From positions 124,001-188,000 of the forward strand of contig NW_026867529.1 in NCBI RefSeq assembly GCF_020745735.1: a DNA stretch of 64,000 bases. The letters are read 5' to 3'. Under the pieces are notes generated by a model. It searched no databases. It was not told the DNA's origin and saw only the letters and a program-made list of their open reading frames with translations. Position numbers and translations under genes: made by a program. Source of the DNA: Hemiscyllium ocellatum. Its lineage: Eukaryota. Of the stretch, positions 13,079-26,034 are shown one piece after another. The stretch's first letter is position 1. Every line of letters starts with the position of its first letter.

Positions 13079-13520
13079 CTCCAACTTTCAAGAGAAAGTT
13101 ATTTCTATCAACCTAGAAACTGCGAGGACCCAATACTGGCCTCTGCAAGATCCCACTGGGCACAAACTTCCAGTTATAGAAGCACATCTTAACCATCACC
13201 CTCTGCTCCCTACCACTCAGCCCATTGTGGATCCAATTTTCCAAATTTCCTTGCAGCCCATGGGCTCTTGTCTTTGCCATCAGTGTCCCATGCAGCACCT
13301 TATCAAAAGCCCCACTGAATTCCAAGTAGCCTCCACCAAATGCATTGCTGTCACCTACACATCTGGGCACCTCTTTGATAAATTCAATCAGGTTGGTCAG
13401 ATATGACCTTCCTTTAATAAACCCACACCTACTGTTCTTGATTAACCCCTGCCTGCTCCAAGTGCAGATTCATTCTGTCCCGAAGTATTCATTCCAACAG
13501 TTTCCCCACCGTCAGACTGA
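13060..13520 (-). mobile_element. CR1 RT fragment
   Basis: YLEFSGAFDKVLHGTL...IHNGLSGREQRVMV...LQRPVLGP. Confidence 0.7.
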
Positions 13521-13988
13521 TTGGCCTGTAGTTTCCTGGTTTCTCCCTCCTTCCTTCTTGAAGACCTTGTCACATTTGTTGTTTTTAATTGAGGTCTGCA
13601 GCCAAGTGGTAGGTCTCTTGTACAGCTTGGGGAAGGTAGAAAGGGACAGTGGTAGTGTCTTTACCTCTGAGCTAGGAGATTCAGTTTCGAGTCCCACCTG
13701 GTCCAGAGGAGTACCGTACCATCACTGAACAGGTTGGTTGAGAAACTATCTCCAAGGTGTTTTCCCCTCTCCTGAAATGACTGAGTTTATCCTGAATAGA
13801 CATTCCAACAACACCTCTGCAGCTGAATGGCACTGTCTCTTCTCAATCTAATTTTTCTTCCTTCTATCCGAACCTCTTTTGGGAGCTTTACAGCATTCAC
13901 TTTACCCCGGGGAAGTGAGTTCTGCAGCTTTTAAACACTTTTACATTTGTGTCTTTGCTGAAACAGCAGCAGGAATTTATCTTCTTGG

Positions 13989-13992
<4 letters not shown>

Positions 13993-14058
<66 letters not shown>
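13993..14058. repeat. (AC)33 microsatellite
   Basis: Perfect dinucleotide run. Confidence 0.98.
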
Positions 14059-14061
<3 letters not shown>

Positions 14062-14614
14062 CTGGACCCTGATCTCGGATGATGACCTCTGCAGGGAGAC
14101 AGACATCGACTGCAAATAACCTCTTGGATCTTCCTGTCCATCGACAGCATTGGTCTGTTTGGGTGCCTGCTTTTCTTAACCGTGTCCAAGCAACAAATGA
14201 TGATAGATTCATAACAGTTTCCCTCCAATCCATGTTTAAGGCATGTGTTTGTGTTATTTTTCACTGATTGTTGATTTAATCTTCTAAAATGGGGAGTGGC
14301 TTCCATCCCAGATGACCACACCAGCGTGCCTTGGGGACCCTGAGGAAATGATTAGGGAAGTGTATCTGTACCATTCCACCTTCTGCACCCTGTACCGCCA
14401 GATACTGCTCCCTCAGTATCTCAGAAAGCACCTCCTCAGTATGTTATCTCAAAGCACCTCGACAGAACATTCATACCCTCAACACCTCAGAAAACAAACC
14501 TGTTACCCCCTTGGACCATGTTCATCCCCAAACCTGTTCTCACTGTGGTGACCCACAGCCACCCCCAAGATTGGAGCCCAGGGCCCAGAACATTATTTGG
14601 GTCTCTGGATTGAT

Positions 14615-14872
14615 TATATAATGTGGAAGCAGGCCATTCGGCCTATCAGGTTCACACTGACCCTCGGCAGAGCATCCCATCCCCCCACTCTATCCCTGGA
14701 TCCCTTCATTCCCTCTGGCTAATCCACCGAGCCTGCACATCTTTGGACAGTGGGAGGGAACTGAAGCACCCGGAGGCTGACACGGGGAGAATGTGCAAAC
14801 TCCACACAGACAGTCGCCCGAGGCTGGAATCGAACCCGGGTGGGGTGAGGCAACAGAGCTAACCACAGAGCC
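14615..14872 (-). mobile_element. Diverged HE1-type SINE
   Basis: cacggggagaatgtgcaaactccacacagacagtcgcccgaggctggaatcgaaccc core. Confidence 0.75.
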
Positions 14873-15293
14873 CCTGTGACAATCTCACTATCTCCGCCCC
14901 ATTGATGACCGTTTGATGTCTATACCCGGGGAGTATCTAACCTGTCTAGCGTTTATTTAAGAAAGATTAGGGAAAAGGACAATGCCTCCACAAGCTCAAG
15001 ATGCTAAAAAATATTTATATTCATTTCAAACAGAGACTTTATTCACAAAAAAAACTATGTACAAACATAGTAACTAAAGTTCGGTTCTGAACAGTCTTTA
15101 CAACAAGTCTTTATGATGACATATAAACTTCTCTTGGCTGAGTAACTGAAATGTTAGATCTGAGCTGTTCCTTCTTAATTAACATCATAAAGTTACATTG
15201 ATAAGGATCTTTGTGAAGTGCCGTAAATCTTTATCTGTTCCCCCACGCACCCCCACCCTACAAATACAATGCCTTACAAATGCTTGAACCTGA

Positions 15294-15465
15294 GCTGAAA
15301 ATGTGTTGCTGGAAAAGTGCAGCAGGTCAGGCAGCATCCAAGGAGCAGGAGAGTTGACAGAAATGTTGATTCTCCTGCTCCTTGGATGCTGCCTGACCTG
15401 CTGCGCTTTTCCAGCAATACATTGTCAGCTCTGATCTCCAGCATCTGCAGTCCTCATTTTCTCCT
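15294..15465. mobile_element. PLE pseudo-LTR-only palindrome (hammerhead core deleted at the centre)
   Basis: Inverted arms of about 65 bp around gaaa at ~15361; diverged TSD-like flanks aaatgcttgaacctg / aaagccttaaacctg. Confidence 0.8.
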
Positions 15466-15954
15466 AAAAGCCTTAAACCTGTTTGTCAACTTTCAACAGA
15501 AGCAACCTCAGGGCATGAACACAGACTGAGTTGCTCAGTGACACATGATTGATTGGGTCAGATCAAATTCTCAAGCAAACACCCGCACAGATTGCTGGGG
15601 AAATTCAGCAGATCAGACAGCAACGGTGAAGAGAGAGAGGAACAATTCGCATTTCAAGTGACCCTTCCTCAAAACGGTCTGTTCTGAAGGAACGTTTCCG
15701 CAGAAATCACTGGATTGAAAGGTGAACTCTCTCTCTCTCTCCCTTCACAGATGCTGCCGGACATGCTTAGCTTCTTCAGCAATCTCTGTATTGATGGTTC
15801 AGGTTTCCAGCGCGTCCGTACAAGTTGAGTTTAGTGTTGAATTCCCAAGCTTGCTCTATTATAGGGATTGAATTCCTCTGCTACAAAGGGGGGTCTCAGT
15901 TACCTCAGCTAACTGGTTTGTGATGCCAACATTGTTGGCTCAATTTCTATCATG

Positions 15955-16384
15955 GAGGAGAAAGTGAGTACTGCAGATGCTGGAGATCAGAGCTGAAAAT
16001 GTGTTGCTGGAAAAGCGCAGGTCAGGCAGCATCCAAGGAACAGGAGATTCGATGTTTCGGGCATAAGCCCTTCTTCAGGAATCCCTTGTAGAGGGAGGAA
16101 GAGAGCTTCTTCAAGGAAGGCATCCTTGCAAGAGGATTCGCAGAAGGTTAAAATCTTCGAGGAGAAAGTGAGGTCTGCAGATGCTGGAGATCAGAGCTGA
16201 AAATGTGTTGCTGGAAAAGCGCAGCAGGTCAGGCAGCATTCAAGGAACAGGAGATTCGACATTTCGGGCATAAGACCTTCTTCAGGAATCTGATTCCTGA
16301 AGAAGGGCTTATGCCCGAAACGTCGAATCTCCTGTTCCTTGGATGCTGCCTGACCTGCTGCGCTTTTCTAGCAACACATTTTCA
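15955..16384. mobile_element. PLE insert: two tandem pseudo-LTRs (minus) plus an inverted pseudo-LTR (plus), three hammerhead motifs, 17-bp TSD
   Basis: TSD gctcaatttctatcatg at 15938-15954 and 16385-16401. Hammerhead motifs at 16047-16082 (-), 16253-16290 (-) and 16292-16329 (+). Confidence 0.9.
16292..16329 (+). ncRNA. Minimal type I hammerhead ribozyme motif (intact)
   Basis: gattc-CTGAAGA-A-GGGC(ttat)GCCC-GAAA-C-GTC-gaatc; perfect 5-bp stem I and 4-bp stem II, GUC cleavage triplet, ACGU palindromic stem III. Confidence 0.82.
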
Positions 16385-16829
16385 GCTCAATTTCTATCAT
16401 GTCTGAAATTACCATGAAGGCCCCAACTTCTCAACCTCGCCCCTCACCTGAGGCATGTGACCCACCAGTCCTCTCTCTCTGACAAGACAGCAGCTCCCGG
16501 GTCCTCCTGGTCTATAATAACTTCCTAACTTTAAAAAGGCACTCCAGTAAGACAGCTCTTTACATGGTTCAGGTCAAAATCTTGGAGTTCCCTCCCTAAC
16601 ATCAACGTGGGACACCAAGGGCTATAGCAGGAGAATACAGCTCACCCCCACCTTCCAGGCAACTGGATGGTGTGGGAATCTCATGCAAGTGAAATTTGCA
16701 AGTAACTTTTATTACAAGGTGACGGTGGATGGTCACTAAGACTGTTTCTTTACCTCTGTTTAAATCAGTGTAACAGAGAACCAAAGGATGGGGTGAAAAT
16801 GACAGTGATAGCATTTCGTAGGTTGGTGT

Positions 16830-17080
16830 TTGTTTGAGATTGCATCGTCGCTATGAATGTTTGAACACTTATTCAAGGGCATGCAGTTAGCTGCCAGAGG
16901 ATATGGTGGGGGCTGGTACAATTGCGACATTTAAAAGGCATCGAGATGAGTATGTGAATAGGAAGGGTTTAGAGGGATATCAGCCAAGTGTTAGCAAATG
17001 GAACTAAATTAAGTTGGGTATCTGGTTGGCATGAATAAGTTGGGCCGAAGGGTCTGTTTCCATGCTGTGCATCTCTCTGA
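16830..17080 (+). mobile_element. CR1 3' tail fragment
   Basis: tttaaaaggcatcgagatgagtatgtgaataggaagggtttagagggatat...gggccgaagggtctgtttccatgctgt. Confidence 0.7.
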
Positions 17081-17194
17081 ATAGATTGTTGCAAAGTTTC
17101 AGACAAGGCTTGGATTGTGTGTCTCTCTCATGCTTTCTCAGAATCTGCAAATGCAATGTCTCCATATTTCCACAAAACATTAAGAAAGAGAAAA

Positions 17195-20100
17195 AAACGG
17201 TCAGTACTGAGGGAGTGCCACACCGTTGGAGGGTCAGTGATACGTTAGTATTGCACTGTCAGAGGATCTGTACTGAAGAAAAGCTGCACTGTCGGATTGT
17301 CAATACTGAAGGATTGCTGTACTGTCAGAGGGTCAGTTAGGATGGAGTGCTGCATTGTCAGCAGAACAGTAATGAGGGAGTGCTGCACTGTCAGAGGGTC
17401 AGTTAGGATGGAGTGCTGCACTGTCAGAGGGTCAGTACAGAGGGAGTGCTGCACTGTCAGCGCATAAGTACTGAGGGAGTGCTGCACTGTCAGAGGGTCA
17501 GTACTGAGGGAGTGTTGCACTGTCAGAGGGTCAGTTAGGATGGAGTGCTGCACTGTCAGAGGGTCAGTACTGAGGGAGTGCTGCACTGTCAGTGGGTCAG
17601 TATTGAGGGAGTGCTGCACTGTCAGAGGGTCAGTACAGAGGGAGTGCTGCACTGTCAGAGGGTCAGTACTGAGGGAGTGTTGCACTGTCGGAGCGTCAGT
17701 ACTAAGGGAGTGCTGCACTGTCGGAGGGTCAGTACTGAGTGTGTGCTTCACTGTTAGAGGGTCAGTACCGAGGGAGTGCTGCACTGTCGGAGCGTCAGTA
17801 CTGAGGGAGTGCTGCACTGTCAGAGGGTCAGTACTGAGTGTGTGCTTCACTGTTAGAGGGTCAGTACCGAGGGAGTGCTGCACTGTTAGAGGGTCAGTAC
17901 CGAGGGAGTGCTGTACTGTCAGGGAGTCAGTGCTTAGGCAGTGCTGCACTGTGAGAGGGTCAGTAATGAGGGAGTGTTGCACTGTCAGAGGGTCATTATG
18001 CAGTGAGCACTCCACTGTCAGAGGGTCATTACTGAGGGAGTGCCACTCTGTGGAGAGTGAGTACTAAGTTAATGTTGCACAGTCGGAGGATCAGTATTGA
18101 GGCAAACCTGCACTGTCAGAGTATCAGTACTGGGGCACGCAACACTGCCAGACGTCAGTACTGAGGGAGTGCTGCACTGTCAAAGGGTCAGAGCAAAATG
18201 ACCACTGCACTATTGCAAGGTCATTACTGTGGGAGCACAACACTATCAGAGCAGAAGTACTGAGGGAGCACTACATTGTCAGAGGAACAGTATTGAGGGA
18301 TTGCCATCCTGTTAGAGGTGCTGTAGTAAGGAAGTGCTGCATTCTCAGAGGGTCAGTATTGAGGGAACGCTTCATTGTCAGAGGGTCAGTATTGAGGGAG
18401 CACTATTGAGGGAATGCCACCCTGTCAGAGGTTCTGTAGTGAGGGAGTGCAACACTGTCAAAGGGTCAGTACAGAGGGAGTGCAATACTGTCAAAGGGTC
18501 AGTGCTGAGGATGCGCTGCACTGTCAGAGGGTCAGTACTGAGTGAGTGCTGCACTGTTAGAGGGTCAGTACAGTGGATCCGTTGGAATGTCAGAGGGTCA
18601 GTATGGATGGAATACCGCACTGTCAGAGTTTCATTACAGTACAGTGCCGCACTGTCAGAGTGTCACTACTGGAGTAGTGCTGCTCTGACAGAGGGGCAGT
18701 ACTGAGAGAGTGTCACACTGTCAGAGGGTCAGTACTGAGGGAATGCTGCATTGAAATGGGTGCAGGAACGAGGGATTGCCGCACTGTCAGAGTGGCAGTA
18801 CTGAGGGAGTGCTAAACTAATAGATGATTAGTACTGAGTGTGTGCTGCAATGTCAGAGGGTCAGTACTGAGGGAGTGCCGCACTGTTGGAAGGTCAGTCC
18901 TGAGGAAGTGCTGCGCTGTGGGAGGACCAGTACAGAGGGAGTGCAGCACTATGGAAGGTCAGTACTGAGTTAATATTGAACAGTCAGAGGGTCAGCACTG
19001 AGGGAGCAGCACACTGTCAGGGAGTGAGTCATGAGGGAGTGCCACACTGTTGGAGGGTCAGAACTGTGGGTGCATCGGAATGTCGGAGGGTCAGAATGGA
19101 GGGAATACCATACTGTCAGAGTTTCATGACAGTGTAGTGCCGCACTGTCAGAGAGTCACGACTGGGGGAATGCTGCACTGTCAGAGGGTCAGCACTGAGA
19201 GTGTCACACTGTCAGAGGGTCATTACAGAGGGAGTGCTGCATGGTCAGAGGGTCAGTACTGAGGGAATGTTGCACTGTCAGAGGGTCAGTACTGAGGGAG
19301 TGCTGCACTGTTGAAGGGTCAGTACTGAGGGAGTGCTGCACTGTCGAAGGGTCAGTACTGAGTGCGTTCTGCACTGTCAGAATGTCGGTACTAAGGGAAT
19401 GCCGCACTGTCGGAACGTCAGCACCGAGGGAGGTCCACATTGTCTGAGGGTCTTCACTGAATGAGTACTGCAATATCAGTGGGTCAGTACTCAGGGAAAG
19501 CTGCACTGTCAGAGGTTCTTTAATGGAAGAGTGCTGCACTATCAGCGGGTCAATACCAAGGGAGTGCTGCAGTGTCAGAGGGTCAGTACTGACGGAGTGC
19601 TGCAACATGAGAGGTCAGTACTGAGGGAGCACTCCACTTTCAGAGGGTCTGTACTGAGGGAGCACTATACTGTGAGAGAGTCAGTACTGAGCGAATGCTG
19701 CACTGTCAGAGAGTCAGTACTGAGGGAGTGCTGCACTGTCAGAGGATCAGTACTGAGGGAGTGCTGCACTGTCAGAGGGTCAGTACTGAGGGAGTGCTGT
19801 ACTGTCAGAGGTTCAGTACTGAGGGAATGCACACTGTCAGAGGGTCAGTACTGAGGGAGTGCTGCACTATCAGAGGGTAAGTACTGAGGGAGTGCTGCAC
19901 TGTCAGAGGGTCAATACTGAGGGAGTGCTGTACTGTCAGATGTTCAGTACTGAGGGAGTGCACACTGTCAGGGTGTCAGTACTGAGGGAGTGCTGCACTG
20001 TCAGAGGGTCAGAACTGAGGGAGTGCTGCACTGTCAGAGGGTCAGTACTGAGGGAGTGCTGTACTGTCAGAGGATCAGTACTGAGGGAGTGTTGCACTGT

Positions 20101-23100
20101 CAGAGGGTCAGTACTGAGGGAGTGCTGCACTGTCAGAGGGTCAGTACTGAGGGAGTGCTGTACTGTCAGAGGATCAGTACTGAGGGAGTGTTGCACTGTC
20201 AGAGTGTCAGTACTGAGGGAGTGCTGCACTGTCAGAGAGTCAGTACTGAGGGAGTGCTGCACTGTCAGAGGGTCAGTACTGACGGAGCACTCCACTGTCA
20301 GAGGGTCTGTACTGAGGGAGCACTATACTGTGAGAGAGTCAGTACCGAGCGAATGCTGCACTGTCAGAGGGTCAGTACTGAGGGAGTGCTGCACTGTCAG
20401 AGGATCAGTACTGAGGGAGTGCTATACTGTCAGAGGATCAGTACTGAGGGAGTGATGCACTGTCTGAGTGTCTGTCCCATGGAAAGGCCACACTGTCAGA
20501 GGTCAGTAATGAGGGAGGACCACACTGTCAGGGGGTCATTACTGAGTGAGGGCTGTACTGTCAGAGGGTCAGTACTGAGTCAGTGCTGTACTATCAGAGG
20601 GTCAGTACTGAGTGAGTGCTGTACTGTCAGAGGGTCAGTCCTGGGGGAATGCACACTGTCAGGGTGTCAGTACTGAGGGAGTGCTGCACTGTCAGAGGGT
20701 CAGTACTGAGGGAGTGCTGTACTGTCAGAGGGTCAGTACTGAGGGAGTGCACACTGTCAGAGGGTCAGTACTGAGGGAGTGCTGCACTGTCAGAGGGTCA
20801 GTACTGAGGGAGTGCTGTACTGTCAGAGGTTCAGTACTGAGGGAGTGCACACTGTCAGAGGGTCAGTACTGAGAGAGTGCTGGACTGTCAGAGTGTCAGT
20901 ACTGAGGGAGTGCTGTACTGTCAGAGAGTCAGTAATGAGGGAGTATCACAATGTCACAGGGTCAGTACTGGGGGAGTGCCACACTGTCGGAGGGTCTCTA
21001 CTGATGGAGCACTGTACTGTCAGAAGATCAGTACTGAGGGTGCACTATATTGTCAGTGGGTCGGCACCAAGTGAGCGCTGCAACGTGACAGGGTCAGTAT
21101 TGAGAGCGTGCTGCGCTGTCAGAGGGTCTGGACTGAGGGAGCGCTATACTGTCAGAGGGTCTGGACTGAGGGAGTGCTGCACTGTCAGAGGGTCTGGACT
21201 GAGGGAGCGCTGCACTGTCTGAGTGTCAGTCCCAGGGGAAGGCCACACTGTCAGAGCGTCAGTAATGTGGGAGTACCGCGCAGTCGGTAAGTCGGTAATG
21301 AGGGAGTACCACATTGTCAGTGGATCAGTCCTGAGGGCGTGCTACACTGAGAGAGGATCAGTACAAAACGAGCACTGCACTTTTGGAGGGCCATTACTCA
21401 GGGAGAACAACACTGTTGGAGAGTCAGTGCTGAAGGAGTGCTGCACTGTCAGAGAGTCAGCACTGAGAGAGTGCTGCACTGTCAGAGGGTCAGTACTGAG
21501 GGAGCGCTGCACCGTCAAAGGTCAGTACTGAGGATGTACTGCACTGTCAGAGTGTCAGTGCTGAGGGAGTGCTGCACAGTTGGAGGGTCAGTACTGAGAG
21601 AGTGCTGCACTGTCAGAGGGTCAGTACTGAGGGAGTGCTGCACTGTCAGAGGGTCAGTACTGAGGGAGTGCTGCACTGTCAGAGAGTCAGCACTGACGGT
21701 GTGTTGCATTGCCCAAGGGAGAGTACTGATGAAACTCCTCACTGTCGGAGGTTCAGAACTGAAGGAGTGCTGCACTATCAGAGGCTCAGTACTGTGGGAG
21801 TGTTAAACTGTCAGAGGGTCAGTCCTGAGGCAGCACCACACTGTCAGTGGGTAAGTACTGAGGGAGTGTCGCACTGTCGGAGGGTCTGTACTGCGGGAGC
21901 ACCACACTGTCAGTGGGTAAGTACTGAGGGTGTGTCGCACTGTCGGAGGGTCTGTACTGCGGGAGCACCACACTGTCAGTGGGTAAGTGCTGAGGGAGTG
22001 TCGCACTGTCGGAGGGTCTGTACTGCGGGAGCACCACACTGTGAGAGGGTCAGTACTGAGGGTGTGCTGCATTGCCAGAGGGTTCAGTACTGAGGGAAAC
22101 CTCACTGTCAGAGGGTCTTTACTCGAAGATTGTTGCACTGCCACATGGTCAGTACCGAGGGAGTGCTGCAATGTCAAACAGTCAGTACTGAGGGAATGCT
22201 GCAACGTGAGAGCGTTAGTACTGAGGGAATGCTGCCCTGTTAGATGGTCAGTGCTGAGGGAGCACTCCAATGTCAGAGATTTTGTACTGAGGGAACGGTT
22301 TACTCTCAGAGGGTCAGTACTGAGGGAGTGCTGCACTGTTGGAGGGTCAGGACTGAGGCAGTGCTGCATTGTTGAAGGGTCAGTACTATGGAAGTGCTGA
22401 CTCTTGGAGGGTTAGTCGTGTGGGAGTGGGATACTGTCAGAGGGTCAGTATTGAGAGTGTGGCACACTATTGGAGAGTCAATACTCAGGGAGCACCACGC
22501 AATCAAAGAGTCAGTACGGAGACAGTGCCTCACTGTTGGAGTGTCAGTACTGAGAGAGTTCCTCACTGTCAGAAGGTCAGTATGGGGCAGTGCCGCATTG
22601 TCACTGACTTTCCAAAATGTGGCACACCCTCAGTACTGATCCTCTGACAGATCGCCATGCACTCAGTGCTGAGGGAGTGCCACACATTTGGAAAGACAGT
22701 ATTGAGGGAGTGGTGCACTGCCAGAGGGTCAGTACAAAGGATGTGCCAAACTATCGGATGTGAGTACTGAGGGAGCACTGCACTGTCAAAGGGTGAGAAG
22801 TGAGGCAATGCACACTGTCAGTGGGTCAGTACTGAGGGAGCACCACATTGCCAGAGGATCAGTATTGAGGGAATGTTACACTGTCAGAGGTCAGTACTGA
22901 GGGAGTACCGCATTGCCAGAGGATCAGTATTGAGGGAATGTTACACTGTCAGAGGTCAGGACTGAGGGAGCACCACATTGCCAGAGGATCAGTATTGAGA
23001 GAATGTTACACTGTCAGTGGGTCAGTACTGAGGGAGTACCACATTGCCAGAGGATCAGTATTGAGGGAATGTTACACTGTCAGAGGTCAGTACTGAGGGA

Positions 23101-24730
23101 GTGCTAAACTGTCAAAGGATCAGTACAAAATGAGCACTGCACTGTTGAAGAGTTATTACTGAGGGAGAACAACACTGTCGTAGCATGAGTGCTGAGGGAG
23201 TGCTGCACTGTCAGAGGTTCAGTACTGAGGGAGTGCTGCACTGTCAGAGTGATCGTACTGAGTGAGTGCTGCACTGTCAGAGGTGCAGGACAGAGGGAGT
23301 TGCCGCACTGTCGGTGTCAGTACTGATGGAATGCCGCACTGTTGGAGTGTCAGCACTGAGTGATAGCTGCACTGTCAGGAATTTAGTACTGAGGGAGGGC
23401 TGCACTGTCAGGAGTTTAGTTCTGAGGGAGGGCCGCACTGTCAGGAGTTTAGTTCTGAGGGAGGGCGGCACTGTCAGGAGTTTAGTACTGAGAGAGGGCA
23501 CCACTGTCAGGAGTTTAGTACTGAGGGAGGGCCGCACTGTCAGGAGTTTAGTACTGAGGGAGGGCCGCACTGTCAGGAGTTTAGTTCTGAGGGAGGGCCG
23601 CACTGTCGGGAGTTTAGTACTGAGGGAGGTTCGCACTGTCAGGAATTTAGTACTGAGGGAGGGCCGCACTGACAGGAGTTTAGTTCTGAGGGAGGGCACC
23701 ACTGTCAGGAGTTTAGTTCTGAGGGAGGGCTGCACTGTCAGGAGTTTAGTACTGAGGGAGGGCTGCACTGTCAGGAGTTTAGTACTGAGGGAGGGCCGCA
23801 CTGCCAGGAGTTTAGTACTGAGGGAGGGCCGCACTGTCAGGAGTTTAGTACTGAGGGAGGGCCGCACTGTCAGGAGTTTAGTACTGAGGGAGGGCCGCAC
23901 TGTCAGGAGTTTAGTACTGAGGGAGGGCTGCACTTTCAGGAGTTTAGTTGTGAGGGAGGGCCGCACTGTCAGGAGTTTAGTACTGAGGGAGGGCTGCACT
24001 GTCAGGAGTTTAGTACTGAGGGAGGGCCGCACTGTCAGGAGTTTAGTACTGAGGGAGGGCCGCACTGTCAGGAGTGTAGTTGTGAGGGAGGGCCGCACTG
24101 TCAGGAGTTTAGTACTGAGGGAGGGCTGCACTGTCAGGAGTTTAGTACTGAGGGAGGGCCGCACTGTCAGGAGTTTAGTTCTGAGGGAGTGCCACACTGT
24201 CAGGAGTTTAGTACTGAGGGAGGGCCGCACTGTCAGGAGTGTAGTAGTGAGGGAGGGCCGCACTGTCGGAAGGACAGCACTCAGGTAGTGCAGCACTATC
24301 AAAGGGTCAGTACTGAGTGAGTGATGCACTATCAGACGGTCAGTACTGTGGGTGTGTCGCATGTCAGCAGTTTATTACTGAGGGATCTGTCAGAGGATCA
24401 ATGATGACAGAGCTCCATACTGTCAGTGGGTCAGTACTGAGGGAGTGCTGCACTGTCATAGGGTCAGTACTGAGTGAGTACTACTGTTTGAATTAGTCAG
24501 TACTGAGAGAGTGTCAGTACTGAGGGAGTGCCTCACTGTTGGAGGGTCAGTACTGCTGGAGCGCTGCACTGTCAGAAGGTCAGGACTGAATGTGCACTCC
24601 ATTGTCAGAGGATCAGTATTGAGGGAGCGCTGCACTGTCAGAGGTTAGGACTGACAGAATGCACCACCGCCAGAGGGTCAGTACTGAGGGGACACAGCAA
24701 TGTCAGACAGTTAGTACTGAGGGAGTGCTG
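17195..24730 (+). repeat. 33-bp minisatellite, about 7.5 kb and more than 200 units, with variant sub-arrays
   Basis: Consensus gagggagtgctgcactgtcagagggtcagtact; homogenised variant gagggagggccgcactgtcaggagtttagtact at ~23365-24265. Confidence 0.97.
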
Positions 24731-25998
24731 TGGTCTAAGAGGATTATCTGGACTTACAGAACATAGAACATCGAAACGTACAGCATGGAACAGGCCCTGC
24801 AGCTGATGATGTTGTGCCAAGGATTAGAACATAGAACATTACATTGCAGTCCAGACCCTTTGGCCCTCAATGTTGTGGCGACCTGTCATACCAATCTGAA
24901 GCCCATCTAACCTATACTATTCCATGCACGTCCATATGCTTGTCCAATGATGACTTAAATGTACTTAAAGTTGGCGAATCTACTATCGTTGCAGGAAAAG
25001 CATTCCATCCCCTTCCTACTCTCTGAGTAAAGAGACTACCTCTGACATCTGTCCTATATCTATCACTCCTAAAGTTAAAGCTATGCCCCCTCATACTCGC
25101 CATCACCATACTTGGAAAAAGGTTCTCCCTTCCACCCTGCCTAACCCTCTGATTATCTTATATGTCTCTATTAAGTCACCTCTCAACCTTCTTCTCACTA
25201 ACGAAAACAGCCTCACGTCCCTCAGCCTTTCCTCGTAAGACCTTCCCTCCATACCAGGCAACATCCGAGTAAATCTGCTCTGCACCCTTTCCAAAGCTTC
25301 CACATCCGTCTTATAATGGGGTGACCAGAACTGTACACAATACTTCAAGTGCAGCCGCACCAGAGTTTTGTACAGCTGCAGCATAACCCCATGGTTCCAG
25401 AACTCGATCCCTCTATTAATAAAAGCTAAAACACTGTATGCCTTCTTAACAACCTGTCAACCTGGGTGGCAACTTTCAAGGATCTGTGCACCTGGACACC
25501 GAGATCTCTCTGCTCATCTACACTACCAAGAATCTTACCATTATTCCAGTACTTTGCATTCCGGTTACTCTGACCAAAGTGAATCACCTCAGACTTGTCC
25601 GCATTAAACTCCATTTGCCACCTCTCAGCCCAGCTCTGCAGCTTATCTATGTCTCTCTGTAACTACAACATCCTTCGTCACTATCCACAACTCCACTGAC
25701 CTTAGTGTCATCTGCAAATTTACTAACCCACCCTTCTACATCCTCATCCAGGTCGTTTATAAAAATGACAAACAGCAGTGGACCCAACACCAACCCTTGC
25801 AGTACATCACTGGTAACTGGACTCCAGGATGAACATTTCCCAACAACCACCACCCTCTGTCTTCCTTCAGTAAGCCAATTACTGATCCAAACTGCTAAAT
25901 CTCCCACAATCCCATTCCTCTGCATTTTGTACAATAGCAACTGCAAATGTGTTGCTGGTCAAAGCACAGCAGGTTAGGCAGCATCTCAGGAATAGAGA

Positions 25999-26034
25999 AT
26001 TCGACGTTTCGAGCATAAGCCCTTCATCAGGAAT
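25999..26034 (-). ncRNA. Minimal hammerhead ribozyme motif (intact core)
   Basis: attc-CTGATGA-A-GGGC(ttat)GCTC-GAAA-C-GTC-gaat on the minus strand. Confidence 0.8.

Noticed and set aside
14090-14220. Possible TM-encoding exon (WIFLSIDSIGLFGCLLFLTV) after the CA repeat
   Set aside because: It is short, has no recognisable family, no partner exons and a weak splice context.
15640-15810. Older pseudo-LTR-like family (also ~1205-1290 and ~62900-62990) with possible hammerhead remnants
   Set aside because: The cores are too decayed to call ribozymes and are noted only as probable old PLE ends.
17245-24362. Long ORFs (up to 361 aa) such as (RECCTVRGSVL)n, (TVQHSLSTDPL)n and (REGRTVRSLVL)n
   Set aside because: They are a by-product of a 33-bp (11-codon) stop-free repeat, open in several frames on both strands, with 32-bp units shifting frame.
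17195-24730. CRISPR-like regular repeats
   Set aside because: The units are contiguous with no unique spacers, there are no cas genes, and the context is a vertebrate genome.
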